In this document: piece after piece, positions 9,538-19,703 of the stretch
Layout: each line of letters begins with the position of its first letter
Position numbering within the stretch: position 1 is the stretch's first letter
Source: Myxococcota bacterium
Lineage (GTDB): Bacteria; Myxococcota_A; UBA9160; JAFDDA01
Length of the DNA stretch: 64,000 nt
Direction: 5' to 3'
Assembly: GCA_965228475.1 (NCBI GenBank)
Contig: OZ245817.1
Location: 224,001-288,000 of the forward strand
Translations under genes and position numbers: made by a program
Notes under the pieces: generated by a model
Seen by the model: only the letters and a program-made list of their open reading frames with translations
Database searches by the model: none
Told to the model about the DNA's origin: nothing

Positions 9538-11040
9538 CTAGAAGCTCGCGCGTTCGTACTCGCTGGGCCGGAAGCGGCGCGCGCGCAGCACGTACTCGCT
9601 CGCGAGCCCCGGGAAGAGTGCGTGGTTCCCGCCGCCGTCCGCCAGGTACCAGCTGTTGCAGCCCGACGCCCAGCTCGTGTGCGGCATGCGCTTCTGGAGG
9701 CTCTCGTTGTAGGCGTCCTGGACGTCCTGTTTCACGTCGAAGTACTTCACGCCTTCGCGCAGCAGACGCCGGATGGCCTGGAGCGCGTAGCCGATCTGGG
9801 CCTCGGTGTAGACGAGCACCGAAGTGTGTCCCGGCCCGGTGTTCGGCCCCATCATGATGAACCAGTTCGGGAAGCCCGAGACCGTCATGCCCTTGTAGGC
9901 GACGGCGCCGCCCTGCCAGGCCTCGTCGAGGGTGCGGCCGCCTCGCCCGAACACGGGGAAGGGTGCGCTCGTGATGCCGAGCTCGAAGCCCGTCGCCAGC
10001 ACGATCGCGTCGAGGTTCCGCTCCTTCCCGTCCTCCGTGCGGATGCCGCGCTCGGTCACGGTCTCGATGCCCTCGGTCACGAGCTCGACGTTCTCGCGCT
10101 CGAAGCAGGGCCAGTAGTCGTTCGAGATCAGGATGCGCTTGCAGCCGAACTGGAAGCTCGGACGGAGCTTCTTGCGAAGCTCCGGGTCCTTCACGCTCTC
10201 TTTCAGATGGCGGAGCGAGCCAGCCTCGCCGATGCCCGAGAGCCGCTTCGAGTTCGAGATCACGAGGGGCCCCATCATCTCGGAGAGCCCGAACAGGAGC
10301 CATCGATAGGCGCGCTGGAGCGCCGGGAAGCGGCGGAAGCGCGCCTTCATCTTCTCGCTGAGGGAGAAGTTCCGCTTGGGCAGGACCCACGCGGCCGTGC
10401 GTTGGAAGACCGAGAGCGAGCCGACCTCCGAGGCGATGCCCGGCACGACCTGGACGGCGCTCGCCCCCGTTCCGATCACGCCGACGTCCTTGCCCGAGAG
10501 GTCGTACTCGTGGTTCCAGCGCGCCGTGTGGAAGAGTTCGCCGCCGAAGTCCTCGAGGCCCGGGATGTTCGGGTAGGCCGGGTCGACGAGCCCGCCGACA
10601 CCGGAGATCACCGCCCGCGCGCGCAGGGTCTCGCCGTCGTTCGTCCGAAGCGCCCAGGTGCCCGTCTCTTCTTCGAAGCGCGCCTCGACGATCTCGGTCT
10701 TCATGCGCAGGTGCGGTCCGAGGCCGTACTTCTCGGCGCAGTGGACGAGGTAGGCCTGGATCTCGCGCGAGCCCGAGAACGACTGCGACCAGTTCGGGTT
10801 GAGCTCGAAGGAGAAGGAGTAGACGTGGGAGGGCACGTCGCAGGCCGCGCCCGGGTAGGTGTTGTCGCGCCAGGTGCCGCCGACTTCCTCGGCGCGTTCG
10901 ATCACGACGAAGTCGTCGATGCCGGCCTTCTTCAGCTGGATGCCGGCACCGATGCCGGCGAAGCCGGCGCCGATCACGATGACGGAGTACGGGGAGGCCG
11001 GGCTCGGCGAGGACTCGGCGGGGGGCGTTGTCGGGCTCAC
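9538..11040 (-). CDS. Flavin-containing (Baeyer-Villiger-type) monooxygenase
   Basis: GAGFAG, GGTWRDNTYPG, FGGELFHTARW fingerprint, GTGASA, ATGF. Confidence 0.92.
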   Translation of the reverse strand: MSPTTPPAESSPSPASPYSVIVIGAGFAGIGAGIQLKKAGIDDFVVIERAEEVGGTWRDNTYPGAACDVPSHVYSFSFELNPNWSQSFSGSREIQAYLVHCAEKYGLGPHLRMKTEIVEARFEEETGTWALRTNDGETLRARAVISGVGGLVDPAYPNIPGLEDFGGELFHTARWNHEYDLSGKDVGVIGTGASAVQVVPGIASEVGSLSVFQRTAAWVLPKRNFSLSEKMKARFRRFPALQRAYRWLLFGLSEMMGPLVISNSKRLSGIGEAGSLRHLKESVKDPELRKKLRPSFQFGCKRILISNDYWPCFERENVELVTEGIETVTERGIRTEDGKERNLDAIVLATGFELGITSAPFPVFGRGGRTLDEAWQGGAVAYKGMTVSGFPNWFIMMGPNTGPGHTSVLVYTEAQIGYALQAIRRLLREGVKYFDVKQDVQDAYNESLQKRMPHTSWASGCNSWYLADGGGNHALFPGLASEYVLRARRFRPSEYERASF

Positions 11041-11158
11041 GGGGGCTCCAAGGGCGCGCTCGGCACTCTATCCGCTCTCGTGGTTCGCTGCCGCCGTTTT
11101 CTCCCCGCGAGCGTTCAGGGCGCGCCCGAGGGCCCGGCATCCTGAGATAGGCTTCGGC

Positions 11159-12241
11159 ATGGCCGAAGCCCCGAGCGAGAGTGAATCCCCGAGCGAAGCC
11201 GAACCCGTCCGCTGGGCCGAGCCGGTCGCCGCCTCCCGCGACGACGCGGAGGTGCTCACGGAAGCCTCCGTCGCGAGCTGGCGCGAGGCGGGCTTCACGC
11301 TCGTCGATGGCGTCCTCCCGCGGAGCCTGCTCGAGGAACTCGCGGCCGAAGCGGCGCGGCGCTACCCGGAAGCCGGCACGCCCGAAGCCGATGCGCGCCG
11401 CGATTTCGGAAGCGGCGGGGCCCTGGTCTTCCCGTCCGAGTGCGACGCGCTGAACGCGGTGACGCTCCATCCCCGCCTGCTGCGGGCGGTTGCGCGCCTG
11501 CTCGGCACGACGCCTCGCGAGCTTCGCCTCACCCAATCGGACCTCTGGCCGAAGTACGGCTACGCTCGCAGCGGGTCGCACCGCGACAACGCCGACCAGC
11601 GCATCCACGTCGACTACCCGAACCATACGCTCGTCCACCCGCCGCCCTGGCACGCGCCGGAAGCGGTCGAGATCATCCTCTACCTGAGCGACGTCGAGGC
11701 GTGCGGGGGCGCGACGGCGGTAGTTCCGCGCCGCGGAGACGGCGATCCGGCGTACCCCTGGCCCATCGTGAAGACGCCGGGGGTCGGCCGTCTGCTCTAT
11801 CGCAACGATCGGGCTTCCGCCGAGGCCTACCTCGAGGCGGAGGACCCGGCCGCGGCGGCGTTTCGCCGCGAGCACCTCTACCCGCGCGAGCGGCGCGCGC
11901 GCTTCGGGTTCGGGAGCGTCCTCTTCTACCGTCACGATACCTGGCACCGCGGGACGCCCCTGCGTCCGGGAACGCGCCGGTTCGCCCAGAACCTGACCTT
12001 CCGCAGGGCCGGGAGCGAGTGGATCAGCACGCTCCACTCGGGCTGGGCCTGGAGCATGTATCGCGAGAGTCAGCGCATGGAGCGGCTCGTCGCCGCGGCG
12101 ACGGTCGACCAGCGCTGCGTGCTCGGCTTCCCTCCGCCCGGCCATGCCTACTGGACGCCCGAAACGCTCGACGCCGTCGAAGCGCGCTACGGACCGCTCG
12201 GGATGGACATGGAGCCGTATCGGAAGGCGTCCTCGTTCTAG
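11159..12241 (+). CDS. Phytanoyl-CoA dioxygenase-like Fe(II)/2OG oxygenase
   Basis: HVD...WHRG facial triad; YLSDV..GGATAVVP. Confidence 0.75.
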   Translation: MAEAPSESESPSEAEPVRWAEPVAASRDDAEVLTEASVASWREAGFTLVDGVLPRSLLEELAAEAARRYPEAGTPEADARRDFGSGGALVFPSECDALNAVTLHPRLLRAVARLLGTTPRELRLTQSDLWPKYGYARSGSHRDNADQRIHVDYPNHTLVHPPPWHAPEAVEIILYLSDVEACGGATAVVPRRGDGDPAYPWPIVKTPGVGRLLYRNDRASAEAYLEAEDPAAAAFRREHLYPRERRARFGFGSVLFYRHDTWHRGTPLRPGTRRFAQNLTFRRAGSEWISTLHSGWAWSMYRESQRMERLVAAATVDQRCVLGFPPPGHAYWTPETLDAVEARYGPLGMDMEPYRKASSF

Positions 12242-13188
12242 ACGTGATTGCGGAGCATGAGCTCCTTCGGATGGGGCTCGAGGTAGGTCTGCCCGGCGAG
12301 GTACTCGACGCCGAGCTTGCGCGCGTAGTGTCCGACGAGGCTCACGGGAACGACGAGCGGGATGATGCCGTCGTGATAGTCCCGGATCAGGCCGGCGATC
12401 TCCTCGCGCGAGGGCGCGTCGAGGCCGTCGCGGAAGTACCCGAGCATGTGCTCGAGCACGTTGCGGTTGCGGCCGGGGGTCGCGCGCTTCGCGAGGGCGT
12501 TCATGAAGGTCGTCTCGTAGGTCTCGCGCAGCTCGGCACGCGGCGTGGTCTTGGCGGCGGCGACGATCCGCCCGAGCTCGCGATAGGCCGCGGGCGAGTG
12601 GGCCATGAGCTGGAGCTTGTGGGCCGTGTGGAAGGCCACGAGCCGCCCCGTCGTCCAGCGTCCGGCGAACAGGTCGCGCAGGCGGCGGTAGGCGAAGATG
12701 CGCTCGATGAAGTTCTCGCGCAGCGGCGGATCGTTCAGGCGCCCCTCTTCTTCGACCGGCAGGAGCGGGAGCCGGCGCATCAGGGCCGCCGCGAACAGGC
12801 CGCGGCCGTCGCGTTTCGCCATGCCGCCCTTTCCGTAGACCCGGACGCGCGCCATGCCGCAGGAGGGCGAGTCCTTCTTCAGCACGTACCCGCACAGGTC
12901 GAGCTTCGCGAGGGCCGCCGTGCGCGGGCCGCTGAAGCGCTCCATCGCGCGGGTGTGGTCCTCGCCGCTCTTCGTGCCGACGAGCCGCGGTGCCTCCGGG
13001 TCGCCCGCCAGGCGGATCGGTTCGCGGGGAATGCTCATGCCCGCTTCGACCTCGGGACACACGGGCACCCACTCGACGAAGCGTCCGAAGGTTCCGGTCA
13101 GGAAACGGTCGTGCTTGTGGCCCCCGTCCCAGCGGACTTCCTGTCCGAGCAGGCAGGAGGAGATGCCGACGAGGATCGGGGCGCTCAC
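12238..13188 (-). CDS. ybgA: DUF523/DUF1722 protein (YbgA, 2-thiouracil desulfurase-like)
   Basis: GISSCLLG.VRWDG, PVCPE, KKDSPSCG, FHTAHK, QTYLEPHP; GTG start overlaps the photolyase stop. Confidence 0.88.
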   Translation of the reverse strand: MSAPILVGISSCLLGQEVRWDGGHKHDRFLTGTFGRFVEWVPVCPEVEAGMSIPREPIRLAGDPEAPRLVGTKSGEDHTRAMERFSGPRTAALAKLDLCGYVLKKDSPSCGMARVRVYGKGGMAKRDGRGLFAAALMRRLPLLPVEEEGRLNDPPLRENFIERIFAYRRLRDLFAGRWTTGRLVAFHTAHKLQLMAHSPAAYRELGRIVAAAKTTPRAELRETYETTFMNALAKRATPGRNRNVLEHMLGYFRDGLDAPSREEIAGLIRDYHDGIIPLVVPVSLVGHYARKLGVEYLAGQTYLEPHPKELMLRNHV

Positions 13189-14594
13189 CGGGCGCCCTTC
13201 GCTCGCGCGGCTTCGTAGCGCTCGAGCGCGAGGCCGCGGCGTTCGGCGTGGTCGACGAGGGGCGGGGGGTAGTCCGGCGCGAGCATCGGAGCCTTCCAGG
13301 GTTCGTGGACGCCCTTGCCTTCGAAGTTGCCGAGCTCCGGCACCCAGCGCCGCACGTATTCTCCCTCGGGATCGTAGCGCTGGCCCTGGAGCGTCGGGTT
13401 GAAGATCCGGAAGTAGGGCTGGGCGTCGGTGCCGGTCGAGGCGGCCCACTGCCAGCCGCCGTTGTTGTTCGCCGGATCGCCGTCGACGAGCTGCCGGAAG
13501 AAGAAGCGCTCGCCTTCGCGCCAGTCGACGAGCAGGTCCTTGGTCAGGAAGCTCGCCACGATCATCCGCACGCGATTGTGCATCCAGCCCGTGGCCGCGA
13601 GCTGCCGCATGCCCGCGTCGACGATCGGAAACCCCGTCCGTCCCTCGCACCAGGCGCGAAAACCCTCGGCATCGTCTTCCCAGACGAGCGCGTCGTACTC
13701 TCGCCGATGGTTGTGCCGCAGCACGTGGGGGTGGCTCGCGAGGATCGCGTGGTAGAAATCCCGCCAGACGATCTGGTCGATCCACTTGTAGAGATGCGGC
13801 CCCGCATCGCGATGCTCGCGGATCGCCTCCTTCGCCGCGGCGACGCACGTGCGCGGCGAGAGCACGCCGAATCGCAGGTAGGGAGAGAGCCGGGAGGTGC
13901 CGTCCTCGGCCGGCGCATCCCGTCCCTCGCCGTAGCGCCGGCCGGGGCCGTCGAGGAAGCGCACGAGCCGGCGCTGGGCCGCCGTCTCTCCTCCGGTCGG
14001 TAGCTCCTTCGGCCCCTCGGCCGGTGCCTTCGCCGCGAGCTGCCGGGCATCGACCGCCCCGGGAACCTTGCCGCGGAAGCCCGGCAGCCGCGGTCGGCGG
14101 CTCGGGTCCGGCGAGTCGGCGAGCCGTTCGTACCAGGACTTCCGGAACGGGGTGTACACCGAGTAGGGCTTGCCACTCCCCGTGCGCAGCTCGTCGGCGT
14201 CGAAGACGACGCGGTCCTTGGTCCGGCGGACGTCGATGCCGGTCTTCCCGAGCCGCCGCTCGACCTCCGCGTCGCGTGCCTTCGAGAACGGGGCGTAGTC
14301 CTCGTTCCAGAAGACGCGGTTCGCGCCGAGCTGCTCCGCAATGCGCGGCACGACCTCCCGCGCCTCGCCCTCGAACAGGGCGAGCCGGGATCCGGCCTCG
14401 CGCAGGTCTTCCGCCAGACGGCCGAGACAATCGATCAGGAGACGCGTGCGCGCCGGACTCGAGTGCGGCCCCGAGAGCAGCCGCGGTTCGAGCACGAAGA
14501 CGCAGAGCAGCTCCTCCGCGCTGCGCGCCGCGGCGGCCAGGGCCGTGTTGTCGCGCAGCCGGAGATCGTTCCGGAACCAATGGATCGCTCGCAC
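13185..14594 (-). CDS. phrB: Class I CPD (deoxyribodipyrimidine) photolyase
   Basis: WFRNDLRLRDN, TSRLSPYLRFG, GWMHNRVRM, NNGGWQW, FRIFNP. Confidence 0.95.
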   Translation of the reverse strand: MRAIHWFRNDLRLRDNTALAAAARSAEELLCVFVLEPRLLSGPHSSPARTRLLIDCLGRLAEDLREAGSRLALFEGEAREVVPRIAEQLGANRVFWNEDYAPFSKARDAEVERRLGKTGIDVRRTKDRVVFDADELRTGSGKPYSVYTPFRKSWYERLADSPDPSRRPRLPGFRGKVPGAVDARQLAAKAPAEGPKELPTGGETAAQRRLVRFLDGPGRRYGEGRDAPAEDGTSRLSPYLRFGVLSPRTCVAAAKEAIREHRDAGPHLYKWIDQIVWRDFYHAILASHPHVLRHNHRREYDALVWEDDAEGFRAWCEGRTGFPIVDAGMRQLAATGWMHNRVRMIVASFLTKDLLVDWREGERFFFRQLVDGDPANNNGGWQWAASTGTDAQPYFRIFNPTLQGQRYDPEGEYVRRWVPELGNFEGKGVHEPWKAPMLAPDYPPPLVDHAERRGLALERYEAARAKGAR

Positions 14595-14655
14595 GCCCGT
14601 AGGCTAGCTCGCGCGCCCGGGCCGTCCCCTGCGCCGCACCGTCCGCACGGCCGGC

Positions 14656-15321
14656 CTACCAGGTGTCGACGTGGGTGACCTTCTCGAGCGGTTGCCGCCG
14701 CGCCGGCCGGAAATCCGTCCCCCGCGTGTACGCGCAGGGGATCAGGGCGACCTGCATGACCTCGTCGTAGGGGATGCCGAGGAGTTCGGCGACGGTCTTC
14801 TCGTGGATCAGGTGGAGGGTCGTCCAGGCGGTGCCGATGCCGCGCTCGCGGGCCGCGAGCATGAAGCTCCACGCCGCCGGGATGATCGATGCGTAGACGC
14901 TCGCCTGGGCGATGTTCGCCATCGGGCCCGTCACCGAGTCCGTCCGGCCTTCGACGCAGGGAATGAGGAAGACCGGCGCGCGGCGCAGGTTCTGCGCCAG
15001 GTACTCGGCCGAATCGATCACCCGCTCCTGCTGCGCGCGCTCGGCGTCGCTGCGTCCTTCGGCGATGGCGTGCGCGGACTGGGGCATCTTGCGGTAGACG
15101 TCGAAGGCGGCCTCGTAGAGATCCGCGATCTTGCCGCGCTTCTCCGCATCGGTGACGAGTACGAAGTGCCAGCCCTGGGCGTTCGACCCGGTCGGGGCCT
15201 GGAGCGCGAGCTGGAGGCACTCGTTCACGACGTCGAGCTCGAGGGGCCGGTCGAAGTCGAGCCGCTTGCGCACGGCGCGGGTCGTGGCGAGCACCTGGTC
15301 TGCACTGAGTCCGAGTTTCAT
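14656..15321 (-). CDS. Nitroreductase family protein
   Basis: TTRAVRKRLD, QAPTGSNAQGW, LAARERGIGTAWT. Confidence 0.9.
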   Translation of the reverse strand: MKLGLSADQVLATTRAVRKRLDFDRPLELDVVNECLQLALQAPTGSNAQGWHFVLVTDAEKRGKIADLYEAAFDVYRKMPQSAHAIAEGRSDAERAQQERVIDSAEYLAQNLRRAPVFLIPCVEGRTDSVTGPMANIAQASVYASIIPAAWSFMLAARERGIGTAWTTLHLIHEKTVAELLGIPYDEVMQVALIPCAYTRGTDFRPARRQPLEKVTHVDTW

Positions 15322-15379
15322 GGGGTCCTCTCGGTTCGTCGTTTCCCGTTCGGGGCCTAGCCTACAATCGCGGGTCGCG

Positions 15380-16315
15380 ATGAGCATCCGGATTCGACGC
15401 CTGCCCGGCAATCCGATCCTCCGGCCCGGCATGGACGCCCGCATGGGGGAGAACCTGAACGGACCCTCCCTGGTGCGCGTGCCCGACTGGGTCGAAGGCC
15501 GCCTCGGCCGCTACTACCTCTACTTCGCCGATCACCAGGGAACCTACATCCGACTCGCCTTCGCGGACCGGATCGAAGGGCCGTGGACCGTGCACGAACC
15601 GGGGACGCTGCGCCTCGAGGACTCGCTCTTCCCGGCGAGCCGCGCGGCGCTGACCGGCGGCGACGCGGATCTCGAGCGGCTCTACGAGGCCGGCTTCCTC
15701 TATTGCCACATCGCCTCGCCCGACGTCCACGTCGACGAAGAGGCCCGGCGCTTTCGCATGTACTACCACGGTTGGCACGAGGATCGGCGTCAGCTCACCC
15801 GGGTGGCGCTCTCCCGCGACGGGCTCCACTTCGAGGCGCGGCCCGAGATCCTCGGCAATCCGTACTGGCGTGGCTTCCACCACCGGGGCGCTCACTACGG
15901 CATGGTGATGCCGGGCTGGATCCTGCGCTCACAGGATCCGCTCGGCGGCTACGAGCTCGGGCTGCAGCTCTTCCCGGACGAAATGCGCCACGCCGCCCTG
16001 CGCGTCGAGGGCGACGAACTCCAGGTGTTCTGGACGCGCGTCGGGGATGCGCCCGAACGGATCCTGCTCTCACGGGTGACGCTCGAGGGCGATTGGCGAA
16101 CCTGGTGCGCGGGCGCCGAGGAGCCGGTCCTTCGTCCCGAGACGGAGTGGGAGGGGGCACACCTGCCGAACGAACCCTCGGTGCGCGGCTTCGCGCCGAC
16201 GCCCGCGAACCAGCTGCGCGATCCGGCCCTGTTCGAAGAGGAAGGTCGCCTCTGGCTGCTCTACTCGGTCGCGGGCGAACGCGGCATCGCGATCGCGGAG
16301 ATCGAGTCGCTCTAG
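15380..16315 (+). CDS. Five-bladed beta-propeller glycoside hydrolase-like protein
   Basis: GNPIL, NGPSL, YYLYFADH, HIASPDV, QLRDPA. Confidence 0.6.
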   Translation: MSIRIRRLPGNPILRPGMDARMGENLNGPSLVRVPDWVEGRLGRYYLYFADHQGTYIRLAFADRIEGPWTVHEPGTLRLEDSLFPASRAALTGGDADLERLYEAGFLYCHIASPDVHVDEEARRFRMYYHGWHEDRRQLTRVALSRDGLHFEARPEILGNPYWRGFHHRGAHYGMVMPGWILRSQDPLGGYELGLQLFPDEMRHAALRVEGDELQVFWTRVGDAPERILLSRVTLEGDWRTWCAGAEEPVLRPETEWEGAHLPNEPSVRGFAPTPANQLRDPALFEEEGRLWLLYSVAGERGIAIAEIESL

Positions 16316-16322
16316 CGCGCGC

Positions 16323-16946
16323 CTAGCGGCGGCGTCGCAGGCCGGCGGCGAGGAGGCCCGAGGCCGCGAGCCACGCGAGCGCCGGTTCCGGCACGGGCCG
16401 GAAGGCCGATTCGAAGATCTCGATCGAGACGTCGACGGGGCCTTCGGCGATCTGGAGATCGAGGTAGCCGCGGTAGGGGCTGCCGTCCGGGATCTCGAAG
16501 AAGAAGCCCGCGAAGCCGCGGTCCACGAAGGCGGTGTAGCCGTCCTCGCTCCAGAGCAGTGAGCTCCCGGGCGCCGCGACGGTCGGGGCGGCGGCGCCGA
16601 GCACGCCGTCGGCGTCGGCGAAGAAGCTCACGGCGCCGGGGGTGCCGAGGACTTCGTTGTTCATGCCGGCGACGGTCTGGGGCGTCAGGCGCAGCTCCCC
16701 GCCGTAGCCGATGCCGAGGTCGAAGCCCTCGAGGACGAGATCGGTCAGACCGTCGCCGTCGATGTCGAGCCCGACGCCGGCTTCGAGATCGTTCCGGTCG
16801 AAGACGCCGCTCTCCTGGCCGACCGTCCAGCCGGCGGGCGCCGCACCGGCGCTCCCCGCGCAGAGGGCGATGGCTCCGGCTGCGAGGGCCGTTCGGCGGA
16901 GCTTCCCGAGGAAGCGGCGGGTCTTTCGGTCGGATCTTCGGCGCAT
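16323..16946 (-). CDS. PEP-CTERM sorting-domain protein
   Basis: Signal peptide; DIDGDGLTD Ca-loop; C-terminus PVPEPALAWLAASGLLAAGLRRRR. Confidence 0.85.
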   Translation of the reverse strand: MRRRSDRKTRRFLGKLRRTALAAGAIALCAGSAGAAPAGWTVGQESGVFDRNDLEAGVGLDIDGDGLTDLVLEGFDLGIGYGGELRLTPQTVAGMNNEVLGTPGAVSFFADADGVLGAAAPTVAAPGSSLLWSEDGYTAFVDRGFAGFFFEIPDGSPYRGYLDLQIAEGPVDVSIEIFESAFRPVPEPALAWLAASGLLAAGLRRRR

Positions 16947-16987
16947 GACGGCTCCTGCAAGCGGTTCGTGTGCAGCTTCGGCTTCGA

Positions 16988-17021
16988 GGCAATTGGCGCC
17001 CGGCTTCCGGGCAATTGGCGC
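16988..17021. repeat. 12-bp direct repeat GGCAATTGGCGC x2 with 22-bp period in a divergent intergenic region
   Basis: Exact copies at 16988-16999 and 17010-17021. Confidence 0.7.
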
Positions 17022-17073
17022 AGCTCCGCCTCTGGGCGATGCTCCGGAGGTGAGTGGGGGCCGGGGCGCGCTT

Positions 17074-18288
17074 GTGGCAAAGGGAAAGCGCAAGGGGCGG
17101 ATCGTGTTCGCCTGGGAGCTCGGCGGCGGCCTCGGCCACCTGGCGCGCATCGCGCCGGTCGCAAGCGGCCTCCTGGCGGAGGGCCATGAGGTCGCCGCGT
17201 TCGTCCCGGACCCCGGCCGTGCGGAGCCCTTCCTTCCCGGCGTCGAGCGGATCGCCGCCCCTCCCCTGCCTGCGCGGGCCGAGCGCGCACCCGCGGCGAA
17301 CTTCGCCGAGGTTCTCGCAGAGGCGGGCTTTGCCGAGCCGCACGTCCTGGCGGGGCGCGCCGACGCCTGGCGCGCGGCGCTCTCCCTCGCGGCGCCCGAC
17401 GTCCTGGTCTTCGACCACGCGCCGACCGCCCTCCTGGCCTCCCGGGGCCTCGAGATCCCTCGCGTCCTGCTCACGACGGGGTTCGCGCTGCCGCCCGACA
17501 CGAGCCCCCTGCCTTCCCTGCTTCCGGACGTGCCGACACCCGCGGAGCCCTCGGCCGCCGAGACGCGCGCCCTCGCGGCCGCGAACGCCTGGGCGGAAGC
17601 CCGGGGCGTTCCGGAGCTGCCCCGCCTCGCGTCCCTCTTCGCCGAGGTCGAAGCCGCCTTCGTCGCCGGCTGGCCCGAGCTCGACCACTACGGCGCCCGG
17701 CCGAGCCTCGAATACCTCGGCCCCTGGCCCGGTCCGGCCGCGCCGGCCCCCGACTGGCCCGCGGGTTCGGGGGTGAACGTCTTCGCCTACCTGAAGCCCT
17801 TCCCGCGGCTCCCGGCGTTGATCGAGATCCTGCATCGCTCGGGGCTGCCGAGCCTGGTGGTGGTCGAAGGCGCCGAGGAAGCGCTGGCGCGTGAGCTCTC
17901 GCGCGGCAGCGTGAAGGTCGGGAACGCCGCGGTCGCGATCGAGGCCGCCGCGCGCGAGGCGTCCGTCGCCGTCACCCACGCGGGCCATGGCACGACCGGC
18001 GCGCTCCTGCGCTGCGGGACGCCGATCCTCGCCATCCCCCTGGTGGTCGAGCAGCTCCTCGTCGCCCGGCGGATCGTCGCGTTGCACGCGGGGCTGGTCG
18101 CATCGGCCGACGCGCCCCAGCAGATGATCGACGGCCTGAAGCGGCTGATCGAGGTTCCGCGCTTCAGCGCCGCGGCGCGGCGGTTCGCGGGCCGGCGCGC
18201 CGCGGAAGAGCCGGCGGAATCCGTCGCGAAGGTGGTTGCCCGAATCGGCGCTCTCGCGTCGCCGAGACCGAACCGGCTTCTCAGCTGA
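17074..18288 (+). CDS. GT-B glycosyltransferase (family 1/28-like); start uncertain (17050 or 17074)
   Basis: WELGGGLGHL, DHAPTALLA, THAGHGT, PLVVEQ. Confidence 0.8.
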   Translation: MAKGKRKGRIVFAWELGGGLGHLARIAPVASGLLAEGHEVAAFVPDPGRAEPFLPGVERIAAPPLPARAERAPAANFAEVLAEAGFAEPHVLAGRADAWRAALSLAAPDVLVFDHAPTALLASRGLEIPRVLLTTGFALPPDTSPLPSLLPDVPTPAEPSAAETRALAAANAWAEARGVPELPRLASLFAEVEAAFVAGWPELDHYGARPSLEYLGPWPGPAAPAPDWPAGSGVNVFAYLKPFPRLPALIEILHRSGLPSLVVVEGAEEALARELSRGSVKVGNAAVAIEAAAREASVAVTHAGHGTTGALLRCGTPILAIPLVVEQLLVARRIVALHAGLVASADAPQQMIDGLKRLIEVPRFSAAARRFAGRRAAEEPAESVAKVVARIGALASPRPNRLLS

Positions 18289-19687
18289 TCCCGAAGACGC
18301 CCTTCAGGTGGTCGTTCAGGAAGCGTCGCTTCGGGTCGAGCCCTTCCCGGACCTCGAGGAAATCCCGCCAGCGCGGGTAGCGCGCCGCGAGCGCGTCGGC
18401 GGTCATGGTGTGGAGCTTCCCCCAGTGCGGTCGCCCCTCGTACTTCCAGAAGATCGGCTCGATCGCGTCGAAGTACGGGCGGTAATCCTGGTCGTGGAAC
18501 TGGTGGATCGAGATCGTGCAGCCGTCGCGGCCGCTGAACATGGAGAGCCATACGTCGTCGGCCTTCACGTAGCGGTACTCGATCGGGAACACGATCGGGA
18601 TGTTGCGCGCCTCGATCGTGTCGAGGATCTCGCGCAGACATTCCGGCCCGGCTTCGGCCGGCACCGTGTACTCCATCTCGCGGAAGCGGGTGAGACGGGT
18701 GTGGGTGAGGACGCGGTAGGAGGGGCCCGTGCGCCGCGTCTCGCCCGGGTCCGCGAGGCGTACCGCCGCGTCGAACAGGCGGCTCCCGACGGCGGGGATG
18801 CCGCCGAGCCAGCGGTAGACATCGCGCAGGATCTCCGGGCCGGCCTCCTCTTCGGGCGCCTCGTCCGGAGCGCCCGGCTCGGCCGGGTCCGTCGCGACGG
18901 TGAGGGCCATGCGCGAGTGCGGCAGCGCGAAGAACTCGAAGTGGCGGTGCTTTCGCGCGAGGGCCGGCGCCTCTTCGAGCAGGTCCTCGATCCGCGCCGC
19001 GCGCGTTACCTCCGTCAGCCGGAAGGGCGCCTGATTCTGGAGCGTCATGCGCAGCGTCATCCCGAGGGCACCGAGGGAGCAGCGCGCCGCGTGGAAGACC
19101 TCGGCGTTGCGCTCGCGGTCGCAAACGATGCGTTCGCCTTCCGGCGTGGCGAGTTCGAGCGCGACGATCTGGCTCGAGAGCGAACCGAAGGCGGTGCCGG
19201 TCCCGTGGGTCGACGTGGCGACGGCGCCGGCCAGGGTCTGGTAGTCGATGTCCGGGAGGTTCGGCATCGCCAGGCCGTGCCCGGCCAGGGCCGGGCCGAG
19301 CTGGTGCAGACGGGTGCCGCCGTGGACCTCGGCGCGCAGGGTTCGCGCGTCCGCCCGGACGACGCCGGTCAGCCCGTCGGCGGAGAGGAGTGTGCCCTCG
19401 CTCGGCACCAGGGCGCTGAAGGAGTGGCCCGCCCCCACCGGGCGGATCGGAGCCGGTGCCGTGGCGAGGGCTTCGAGTAGGGACGCCTCGTCGCGCGGGG
19501 CGAGTCGGGCCTCCGGCCGGCAGCCCTGGTTCGCGCCCCAGTTGCGCCAGGGCAGGCGCTCCCCGGCCTCGTAGGCCGGGAGCTCCTCCGAGGCGGGTCC
19601 GAGGTCGGTGGGCTTGCAGCCGGGCAGGAGCCCGGCCGCCGCGGCGGTCAGGCCGGCCTGCAGGATCTCGCGGCGGGTGAGTCGCAT
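18281..19687 (-). CDS. Tat-exported FAD-linked aldonolactone oxidase family protein
   Basis: TRREIL Tat motif, VGAGHSFS, EMEY, PIEYRYV, GRPHWGK. Confidence 0.9.
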   Translation of the reverse strand: MRLTRREILQAGLTAAAAGLLPGCKPTDLGPASEELPAYEAGERLPWRNWGANQGCRPEARLAPRDEASLLEALATAPAPIRPVGAGHSFSALVPSEGTLLSADGLTGVVRADARTLRAEVHGGTRLHQLGPALAGHGLAMPNLPDIDYQTLAGAVATSTHGTGTAFGSLSSQIVALELATPEGERIVCDRERNAEVFHAARCSLGALGMTLRMTLQNQAPFRLTEVTRAARIEDLLEEAPALARKHRHFEFFALPHSRMALTVATDPAEPGAPDEAPEEEAGPEILRDVYRWLGGIPAVGSRLFDAAVRLADPGETRRTGPSYRVLTHTRLTRFREMEYTVPAEAGPECLREILDTIEARNIPIVFPIEYRYVKADDVWLSMFSGRDGCTISIHQFHDQDYRPYFDAIEPIFWKYEGRPHWGKLHTMTADALAARYPRWRDFLEVREGLDPKRRFLNDHLKGVFGIS

Positions 19688-19703
19688 CCGCGTGGGCCTC
19701 TCC

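Noticed and set aside
9227..13072. 1281-aa minus-strand ORF
   Set aside because: Off-frame shadow of the BVMO, PhyH-like and ybgA genes with no motifs
12238..14594. Photolyase-ybgA coupling as a novel system
   Set aside because: This gene pairing is well known (ybgA-phr in E. coli)
16950..17025. Sigma54 promoter for the PEP-CTERM gene
   Set aside because: GG-to-GC spacing is 9 nt rather than the required 10
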